Positions 8,047 to 16,300 of a stretch of DNA of 25,334 bases are shown here, one piece after another; the stretch's first letter is position 1; every line of letters starts with the position of its first letter. Both the position numbers and the translations under genes were made by a program. Where the stretch lies: the IMG/VR virus record IMGVR_UViG_3300047561_001345, positions 1-25,334 of that record. One strand, written 5' to 3'. The notes beneath the pieces were generated by a model that saw only the letters and a program-made list of their open reading frames with translations, was not told the origin of the DNA and searched no databases. This stretch comes from a virus (taxonomy: Duplodnaviria; Caudoviricetes).

Positions 8047-10158
8047 TTATTTAGCGTTTTCCATTATGAACTTCACTTCACATGCTGACGTGGTGCAGTA
8101 GTTTTCGCCAATCGCATCTGCTGCCAAACCAGCATACACCCCAGAAAGATCTATTGGAAGTATATTCAAAGAAATATCATTATATTCTTTTTCGGTGATC
8201 TGCGTATACGGCATCTGGAGATAAGTAAAGTTCCCTTGCGGCAAGAATGATACAGTCTTAAGTTGTCCATCATACATATGAAGAACTGTTCCGACATGAT
8301 CCTTTTCTGTTTCTGAATCAAATGAAATAGTTACAGAAACAGAATTGTCTGACCAGTATCTTTGAGCAGCGGCAGCTAATGCCATCTTCTCAAAGATTGT
8401 TACATCCTTTTCTGATCTAAGTGCATCAGATTTAATAGGAAAGAATACAACCGATGTAGTATCGGGAGACTCTGAAGCTGGCTCAACACGATAGTTGGCC
8501 ATTCTAAATAATGGAAGCATCGGATCATCATTAGAGAATCTAATAGCTCTCATAAAATATTGGCCACCTGGAGTCCAATGAACGCCGGGAGATTCTCCTG
8601 CAAGGATAGACACGGTTCCAGAAGGTTTTACTGTTGTAGTCTTGATCGACTCGCGAACACCAAGCCATTCAGAATAAATATTATCATATCTTTGCACGGT
8701 TGAATAACCTTGGTCCAACCATTCTCTTAGCGTTGGCATACCAACTCGGTCAGCAAAGTTTGCTACACCAGAAACAGAGGTTCCAATTCTTCTATTTCTT
8801 TGCATAATCGCATTCGTTTCTTCCCAATGAGTAGGAAGAAGTGTTACTGTTTTTGCATAAAGATACGCAAACTTTAAAGTTCTCTTAAAGTCATCCAAAG
8901 AGTCATGTCTATTGAGATATGTTTCTACCAACGTGCAGCATTCATATGACTCTAATGATTGTTCTGCACATGGATTATAACCTGCTACTCGCCAATCTTT
9001 ATTATTTGGAGCATCAGCTAGTCTTCCATACTTGCGTGACATATCCATCCAGATAACACCTGGTTCACCATTTCTAGAAATGCCATCAACAATATCAGAT
9101 AGATTGGAGCCAACAGAAACTTCTACTGAGTTATTTGACATCCAACCCCATCCAGGAGCGTCAGCATTGTATGAGTTTCTTTCGGGAAAGCGTTCTGCAT
9201 TCTTTAAGTTGAGGAAATTATCATCATCTAATCTTCCGATAAGAAGTTCTGCAGATCTGCGTACATTACCCGATACAACACATACCCCAATCGTATTACC
9301 GATATCAGCAATATCGACTCTTGTAAGTTTTTCCCCTGCTCTACCATCAAACATTTTTCTAATATGATTGTGAAGTTTAACAAGAGGACCTGCACCGGCT
9401 GCTGTTCCTCCAAAAGTTTTTATTGGAGTACCTGCTGGTCTGATATTTGAATAGTCAAATGTAACTGGATTTTGTTCAGGCTTTAAATAAGAGTTAATTA
9501 GTTGAACAGTTGAGTTAACCCATCCCTCACGGGAATCTTCTACAACTTCAACAATTGATGGACGATTTGACTCGTAGATAATAAAATCTTTATCGGCACC
9601 CTTGTCATCAAAACCAACCCCAACACCAAGCATGGATGCTTCCATAAGAAATCCAAATGGTTTAGCTGGATTATTCTTCGTCATCTCGGCGGTGCTTACA
9701 AATGCGCAGTTCTGCAGTGCAGCAGAGTTCTTCTGCACCATTACAATAGGAGTACCCATGACCCATAGTCCACGACCAGGTGGTGTCCACTTGAGATTAA
9801 ATAAGCGATCAAAAGCTTCTCTTGCAGAAGCTTGAGCCTTAATGTCATTCCAGGGAAGTCTATTCTTCTTGCAGTGTTCTTTTTGTAAAGAGTACATTCC
9901 ATTAATTACTCTTTCACATACATCAACCCAAGTTTCTTTTGTCCCATCATCTTTTAATCTAGAATAGGTACGCAAGAATGTTATTTCACCTACCGAGTTA
10001 CCTGCGGCATCAGCGTATCCAAAAGGACTTTTCTTACTTCTGAAAGAATCAACAAAGTCTTCGTTCAATTTGAATATTGTTGCAGATGTTATCTTAAAAT
10101 AGTTTGTACTCACTTTATCTGCAGAAATTGAAATACTACCGACATTGTTGTCATCCAT
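8047..10158 (-). CDS. nrdJ: class II (adenosylcobalamin-dependent) ribonucleotide reductase, monomeric RTPR type
   Basis: FLRTYSR, TPPGRGLW, NCAFVS, GNVRRSA, NPCAE, TTVKPSGTVS, C-terminal CTTSAC redox pair; no intein. Confidence 0.95.
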   Translation of the reverse strand: MDDNNVGSISISADKVSTNYFKITSATIFKLNEDFVDSFRSKKSPFGYADAAGNSVGEITFLRTYSRLKDDGTKETWVDVCERVINGMYSLQKEHCKKNRLPWNDIKAQASAREAFDRLFNLKWTPPGRGLWVMGTPIVMVQKNSAALQNCAFVSTAEMTKNNPAKPFGFLMEASMLGVGVGFDDKGADKDFIIYESNRPSIVEVVEDSREGWVNSTVQLINSYLKPEQNPVTFDYSNIRPAGTPIKTFGGTAAGAGPLVKLHNHIRKMFDGRAGEKLTRVDIADIGNTIGVCVVSGNVRRSAELLIGRLDDDNFLNLKNAERFPERNSYNADAPGWGWMSNNSVEVSVGSNLSDIVDGISRNGEPGVIWMDMSRKYGRLADAPNNKDWRVAGYNPCAEQSLESYECCTLVETYLNRHDSLDDFKRTLKFAYLYAKTVTLLPTHWEETNAIMQRNRRIGTSVSGVANFADRVGMPTLREWLDQGYSTVQRYDNIYSEWLGVRESIKTTTVKPSGTVSILAGESPGVHWTPGGQYFMRAIRFSNDDPMLPLFRMANYRVEPASESPDTTSVVFFPIKSDALRSEKDVTIFEKMALAAAAQRYWSDNSVSVTISFDSETEKDHVGTVLHMYDGQLKTVSFLPQGNFTYLQMPYTQITEKEYNDISLNILPIDLSGVYAGLAADAIGENYCTTSACEVKFIMENAK

Positions 10159-10852
10159 TACTGGCTCCTAGTTTCTTAATATACTTTTGGTTTGTTTTAT
10201 TTAGTTCCGCTGTTTTAATTCTAACTATTTGATCCATCGAATATACCTTATGGATCTGTTTTTCAAAGAAGTATCCACTTCTCCAATTTAACACTTTATC
10301 TATATTTAATTTATGATTGATGAACATATTACAGATAACTGCACCACCATATGCTCTAACAAGATTTACTAACTTTTTCTCAAGTAGCTCGTCTATTCCT
10401 TCTACCTGACTACTACTGGCTTTATCATGTAACCAATTATATGCTTGACGAGTAATTGGGGAAACATCAATAGGATCTATAACCCCAATGCTGAGTATGT
10501 TATTCCGATTTTCTGAAATAACTATATCTTCTTTAATTACTGTTAGCAACAGATCGAACCAATCATTTTCGTGAAATTCTTTCCAACCAGTACACCAGAA
10601 CAAAAGATTACTAACTGGATCTGGTATTGAAGTTTTTTTCACAAGAGGAAGGAGCACAGCACATGAGATCGCTCTCTTGACATGCTCTACTGCCAGATTT
10701 TTATCTTTAAATTTATTCATTGCGTTTGAGAATAAATCATCAATATGTTTAGCCCAATTGCTTTCACCAACATATAGATCTAAATATTTCTTAGAAACAG
10801 TTCCAGGAAGTGATCCTGACATAACTGCAGTTTTCATATCTTCGGCTAACAC
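10151..10852 (-). CDS. hypothetical protein (233 aa), first gene of the nucleotide-metabolism block
   Basis: GTG start with SD AAAGGA; overlaps the nrdJ start; no recognised motif. Confidence 0.8.
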   Translation of the reverse strand: MLAEDMKTAVMSGSLPGTVSKKYLDLYVGESNWAKHIDDLFSNAMNKFKDKNLAVEHVKRAISCAVLLPLVKKTSIPDPVSNLLFWCTGWKEFHENDWFDLLLTVIKEDIVISENRNNILSIGVIDPIDVSPITRQAYNWLHDKASSSQVEGIDELLEKKLVNLVRAYGGAVICNMFINHKLNIDKVLNWRSGYFFEKQIHKVYSMDQIVRIKTAELNKTNQKYIKKLGASNG

Positions 10853-10908
10853 ACTTAATCCTTTAAAATGATTTATAAATCTGATAAAAGGTATATACTT
10901 ACCCTTAG

Positions 10909-10936
10909 AATAGATAAACCCCGCCCTAAGGCGGGG
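10909..10936 (-). terminator. intrinsic terminator
   Basis: Minus strand CCCCGCC-TTAG-GGCGGGG followed by TTTATCTATT. Confidence 0.8.
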
Positions 10937-10962
10937 CCAATCTATTGCTGGCCTATACGTGT

Positions 10963-10991
10963 ATTATATCACGTACTGGTCAAGCTGTCAG
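10963..10991 (-). promoter_or_regulatory. sigma70/SigA-type promoter with extended -10
   Basis: CTGACA (10991-10986), 17-nt spacer, TATAAT (10968-10963), with a TGn extension (TGA-TATAAT). Confidence 0.7.
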
Positions 10992-10999
10992 ATTATAAC

Positions 11000-11200
11000 T
11001 CAACTCTTTAGAAAAGCGGCGCTTTCTGGATCTCCCACCTTTGAGGCAGCTAGACCTTTTACTGCGGCGATGACAGCTGCAGCTGCAGCAACACCAGCAG
11101 ACTTCAGGGATGATACGTCAGTGATTACAAACACTGCCAAAAATGCCTGTACAGCTGTCCAAAGAGTTCTTTCAATTATATCTTTTGTCAATTTACTCAT
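11000..11200 (-). CDS. holin, r1t-like family
   Basis: ERTLWTAVQAFLAV followed by an Ala-rich second TM helix and GDPESA; SD AAAGGA. Confidence 0.85.
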   Translation of the reverse strand: MSKLTKDIIERTLWTAVQAFLAVFVITDVSSLKSAGVAAAAAVIAAVKGLAASKVGDPESAAFLKS

Positions 11201-11210
11201 ATATTTTCCT

Positions 11211-11498
11211 TTAATTTTGAAATAATTTTCTAAGCGACTTCTCTATAAGAAGATGAAAGGTTAAACTTAACCACACTCCGATTACAGTACTTCCAATAAT
11301 AGGTTTTTCTGTCATTCTCCAAAAGAATTTTGTTAATGTTTCTATTCTTCTGAACTTTATAGCATACGCATCGTATGCCACTACCCCTGCAACAATCGCT
11401 AACCAACCCAAAAATCCACTCAAAGATGTTTTCTCAAGAATGAGTGGCTCTTCAATTAGGTCAGAGAGCGCGCGCCGAAGGGAGACCTCTGTACTCAT
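11211..11498 (-). CDS. membrane protein with two predicted TM helices
   Basis: GFLGWLAIVAGVVAYD and IIGSTVIGVWLSLTFHLL; adjacent to the holin; start position uncertain. Confidence 0.7.
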   Translation of the reverse strand: MSTEVSLRRALSDLIEEPLILEKTSLSGFLGWLAIVAGVVAYDAYAIKFRRIETLTKFFWRMTEKPIIGSTVIGVWLSLTFHLLIEKSLRKLFQN

Positions 11499-12084
11499 TT
11501 ACCTTATTCTTGCCATACGCATTATTGTAGCCAGCCGGTAAACCTTGGCCATATCCATTAGCGAAAACTGTAGTACTTGTCACTCCATGGAATTCTTCTG
11601 GAACAAAATATCCGAATGAGCTAGCAACACCTGCAGCTCCATACTCACGCTTTCCGTGACCAACATTAACAAGAGCTTCTGCAGAAGTTACACCATCAAA
11701 TTTAAAATTGCTATATAAAGCATAGCGACTTACAATATTATAATCGTGTCCATAGCCATTGGCGAACGCCGCTGCCCCAGAGAGTCCTTTGAATTCAAGA
11801 GGACGATATCTCGAACCCGTATACTTTGCCCCATTCTGGAAAGTTCCAGATAGAGGATGAACATAGAGAGTTGTTCCATTAAAAATTTGAGAGAGTAATC
11901 TGTTACCAGGATACTTTCCAGTACCTGGTATATAGTTATTATCAGGCGCACCATCTAGCACATGTGATGTACTCCAGTTTGCCCAAAAAGAATACTTACC
12001 AACAGTACCTTTATAGGGGTGAACCATTCCTTTGGTAGTCTGCCCCTTCAGGACTGGTCTAGGCCCTACATAAAAAGTTGCCAT
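11461..12084 (-). CDS. Gly/Tyr/Phe-rich repeat protein, probable virion component
   Basis: Strong SD TAAGGAG; four internal [EK][FY]xG[LV]x[SG] repeats; located after the structural genes. Confidence 0.7.
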   Translation of the reverse strand: MATFYVGPRPVLKGQTTKGMVHPYKGTVGKYSFWANWSTSHVLDGAPDNNYIPGTGKYPGNRLLSQIFNGTTLYVHPLSGTFQNGAKYTGSRYRPLEFKGLSGAAAFANGYGHDYNIVSRYALYSNFKFDGVTSAEALVNVGHGKREYGAAGVASSFGYFVPEEFHGVTSTTVFANGYGQGLPAGYNNAYGKNKVNEYRGLPSARAL

Positions 12085-12142
12085 CTTATTTCTCCTTATT
12101 AGAAATCATATGAATATAGTAATTTTGATTTATAGTTTTAAC

Positions 12143-13396
12143 TTAAATATATTCAATAATTAAATCATTCAAAACTGGTGGAGTTTTATCATCCAACATA
12201 TTTAAAGTGATTTCAATCCAAACACTATTAGAAGTACCAGGATTAGAAGTAGTATAAACCCCTGCATCATTATAAATGATACGATAAGAGAAAGCTGTAG
12301 ATAGAAGACTCTGAGGTACGTTATATATTTTGGGTGTCACATTAGTTATCTGAGATATAAGATCACCATTAGCTGGAGTAAACTTAATAATAGTCTTACC
12401 AGAGGTTAAATACTTATCATACCTAATATCAAGATCAGACAAGCCATAAGTATACACATACTTACTTAACTCTTGGAAATAATTTCTTTGTATAAATTTT
12501 ATTCTAATAGCTGTTATATCTAATTCAGAAAAAACGAAAGCTAAAGGAGGAGAATTTCTCACAGCATCGGATGCAGTAACATCCCATCCACCTGGAGGAA
12601 CTTTTCCGATAGCAGAAGAGTCACCATCATAATAGCCATTCTTATTTAATGGAAACCAACCGTCACTAGAATTTAAGGCCGGACTCTGTTTAGTTGTATA
12701 TTCAACAGATAAAATATCTGTACCAAAAGTAGGGTATGGATTAAATTTAATCATATTAGTTTTTGCAGAACCAGCTGACTCATTAGGGATCTTAACATAA
12801 AGCCACATTTGAGCCCCTGCAGACGAACTGCTAGAAGCAATGATGTTTCTCTTCCAAACCTTTTCTGGAGAATCCAGTATCGCATTATAGATTGGAGTAG
12901 TATCAATTACCGCACCAGACGAATCAACACCAGGAAGACTATTCTCAACTTTAGCTTTAAAAAAGTTAGGTATTATCTGTCCTGCATTTGCGCTAGAAAA
13001 CTTTAGTTTACTAAAAGAACTACTAGTAACTTTTGGTAGAGTAATAATATTATAAACAGGATCAAAACTCAAAAGATCTGTTGTGGATACAGCAAAAGAT
13101 GTATTTACAAAAGAAGAATAATCTAATTGACTAAAAGAATGAATAGATACAACATTGGCTGCTGATTCTAAAGCTTTTATTCTATCATCTAAATCTTTAA
13201 TTGCTGCCGCAAGGAATTGGTGATCTTTTAATACTCTTTCAAAAGCTTGAGAAAGCTTATTATCAACGATCTCACTCTTATTATAAAGGTACACTAAGTC
13301 TTTATAATTCTCTTCGATACGTGCATTATAGTCTGAGCTTTCTACAGGACCATTATATTGATAGTCTCGTTTTCTAGTATTTAAAATTTCACTCAT
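12143..13396 (-). CDS. virion structural protein (tail/baseplate-like): coiled coil plus beta-sandwich
   Basis: N-terminal GPVESSDYN-x8-DL plus a coiled coil; YTYGLSDLDI and TPPVL motifs shared with neighbours. Confidence 0.65.
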   Translation of the reverse strand: MSEILNTRKRDYQYNGPVESSDYNARIEENYKDLVYLYNKSEIVDNKLSQAFERVLKDHQFLAAAIKDLDDRIKALESAANVVSIHSFSQLDYSSFVNTSFAVSTTDLLSFDPVYNIITLPKVTSSSFSKLKFSSANAGQIIPNFFKAKVENSLPGVDSSGAVIDTTPIYNAILDSPEKVWKRNIIASSSSSAGAQMWLYVKIPNESAGSAKTNMIKFNPYPTFGTDILSVEYTTKQSPALNSSDGWFPLNKNGYYDGDSSAIGKVPPGGWDVTASDAVRNSPPLAFVFSELDITAIRIKFIQRNYFQELSKYVYTYGLSDLDIRYDKYLTSGKTIIKFTPANGDLISQITNVTPKIYNVPQSLLSTAFSYRIIYNDAGVYTTSNPGTSNSVWIEITLNMLDDKTPPVLNDLIIEYI

Positions 13397-16300
13397 TTAC
13401 AATCCACTCTCTAGTCTTTGTACCGTTTTAAGTATTCTAGCAAGCTGGCCGCTCATTTTATTCATTGTGTCAACTTTAACAATAGTACCGCTCAATTGAT
13501 AGTAGTTAGCAATTTGCTGCAGCTCATCTTGAGTTAAAGCTCTTCTCCAAATTGCGGCCGAGAAAAATTCAAAATCACTACCCGCAGTTGTATCAGCTCT
13601 AGAACCGATCCTTAAAGGAAGAGTATTAACAATATTGCCAACAGAAGCATCAGTGATCTTACTGTCAAAAACTCCATTAATGTAAGCAGAAAATGAGTCT
13701 GTAGAAACATCATGAACAAAAATAAAATTGCACACTTCGCCAATAAAAGTTTTACTTGGAGTTGTTGTAATTCCGCTAACCACAGCAGAACCGTCTCCTT
13801 TAACATTCAACATGAAAGAGTTATCGGAAGCGTTCGACATTATTTCATAACCTGGACTAGTTTGATTATCGCCCTTACTTAAAAGCCTAGAATATCCACT
13901 AATTGTATTCCAAATACGAGCCGAAACAAAAATTGTATAATTATCTTTAGGACCGAACTCCAGCAAAGAACTATCTGGTGTCTCTAACCAAGTTGTTCCA
14001 CCACCCATTAACATTGTTGGACGAGTAACAGCAACAGATCTCTTATTAGTATTAGACCTTACAATTGCTCCAGTCTGAGTTGGGTTTGCGGCATCTATAT
14101 AGAAAACTGCCTGCTTCAAAAGTGCAGTAGAAGCGGCGGTTATACTACCAGAATAATGGGCGTTAATAAGTGCAACTTCCGCTGTTGATAAAGCTTTTCT
14201 AAAAATAAGTCCCGCATAAAATTCAAAATCTTGATAGCTAGAAATAGTTCCGCCATTCGCTCCAATTCTAACTGTATTACTATTCGACAAAGAACCAATA
14301 CTAGTTGTGGATGAAGTCGTACTAAAACTATTATTAGAAAAAGTTTTAATTGTATTATTAGATCTATCTAAAATCCCACCAAATACATTGAATGTTCCAG
14401 CAGTCACGACTGGACCAGTTTGACTAGCTTGATTGGTTCCATCTCCAATAAAAAATCCAGGACTAATAGAAGTTGTATCATTAGAAAAACTCCAACCCTT
14501 AGCCGGACCACCGCCACCCTTGCAAATATATCTACCATAAGATGTTGCCGTACCCCACTGCCTAACAACAGCCACAACAGACAAAGACTCTGTATTGGTA
14601 AAATCTATATGACCATTATTAGCAATCTCCATAAAACTATTAGAACCAAAAAGCCAACAAGAGCGATAAACAGCCACTGCCTTTTTACCACTTGTTGCTC
14701 TAGTGATTGTAACAGCAATATTATTTGCTGACTCGTTAAATGTAGACTGAACAGTAGAAGAAAGACTGGTTGAAAAGTTAACATCTATAATCTTCGTGCC
14801 ACCAATACCATTTCTCCAAATAACTCTATAGAATTTGCCTGCGGCAGTAGTATTAGCATTGCCGCCAATATTCATTGCTGGCGAAGATGCTAAAACTGGA
14901 AATGCAATAACACCAGGATGGGTGACAGTTGCACCAAGTTGATTCCAAGAAGTTGGCTCTGTAGTCTGATCATCCGCATAGTAGAACTTTATATCATAGC
15001 CGCCTAAACCGTTATCGACATCTACTGTTACTTTAACCCAATAAGTTTTACCATCAACAAAGTTAACTGGAACAGTTGACTCTCTTGCCATTAAAGTAGA
15101 TGACGATCCAGTTGGCAGCCATTTAAACAAAAGCTTTCCAGCTCCTGTTAAATAAAATGTAAAACCACGATTAGGGTCAGTTGACTCTCTTTCTACAAGA
15201 GTCTGAGGCAATCCGCTCACCCAATCATCTATAGCAACACGACAAACAAGTTCCATATCACCAGTAACATTAAATGCAGAGTTAAAAGCTATATCAGCAC
15301 GATTGCTAGCAGCCCCTGGTAAATAAAGATAATTTTCCCCAGTATGAGCTAGCCATTTTGGATCACTAGTTAAGGTGGAGTTTGCAGTAATATTAGCAGT
15401 ATTATCTGGACCAAAAGTTAGACCAGGACGAGGATTCAATGCCTCACCAGCTGAACCAAGATTCTGCAAATAAAGAGGTTTATCGACACTGTACTTAGTT
15501 ATATCAGGCAAAGCTATCGTGCTTTGCGAACCAGATGTTATAGCTTTAGTAAAATCAATATCAGAAACTTTTGAACCGTTAATACCATTTCTCACAATAG
15601 TTCTAAATACTTTTCCAGCAAAAGGTCCAGTTGTTGAGTTCTGATTTCCTACACCATATATTCCGCCAATTTCAAGAAAACTTGTATTAGGAAAAATTGA
15701 TGTAATGTTTGCTGTGGTAACAGGTCCACCCATTTGAATCCATGAAGTTGGTTCGTCTACCTGATCATTAGTATAATAAAAACTTATATTGTTACCACCT
15801 GCTCCATTATCTACATCAACAGTTACTTTAATCCAATATGTTGTTTTGTCAGTAAATGGAGCAATAATAGGGCTTGATACACTTAAAGGAGTGCTACTTG
15901 CACCATCAGGAGAAATTCTTATATTTAATCTTCCAGAAGTTAAAACTGAAAGAGCAAATGATCTTTGATTTTGATAGGGTCCTGTAGCATGAGTATTATA
16001 TTTGCCCATAATGTAACCCTCAGCGGTTGGGGTCCAATCATCTGCAGCTACTCGGCAAACTAGTTCAATATCACGATTTCTTTCAACTCGACCATTATTC
16101 AAAAGCCCAACCGAGTACGCATTAAAAGAAGATTCCATAAAAGAAGAACAAAACTGTATTTGCCTTGTGAAATTAACATTCACAATCTCAGATCCAGATA
16201 TACCATTTTTTACAATAACATGAAATATCTTTCCGTTAAAAGCATCAAATGAACCACTAACATATGATCCTATTGCTAACTGTTCCGCATTCGGACCTAA

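Noticed and set aside
455-10158. Inteins or introns in DnaB, ThyX or NrdJ
   Set aside because: Lengths are normal, motifs are contiguous, and no splice-junction or homing-nuclease insert is visible.
10963-10983. TTGACC as the -35 element
   Set aside because: Only 9 nt from TATAAT; CTGACA gives the correct 17-nt spacing.
10853-10999. Cobalamin riboswitch or NrdR box upstream of the nrdJ block
   Set aside because: The gap is too short and lacks a B12 box; the palindrome has the opposite polarity to an NrdR box.
4213-11225. Plus-strand ORFs (4213, 6040, 7266, 7537, 7919, 9032, 9602, 10677, 10959)
   Set aside because: Antisense to well-supported genes, with no recognisable motifs; typical reverse-frame shadows.
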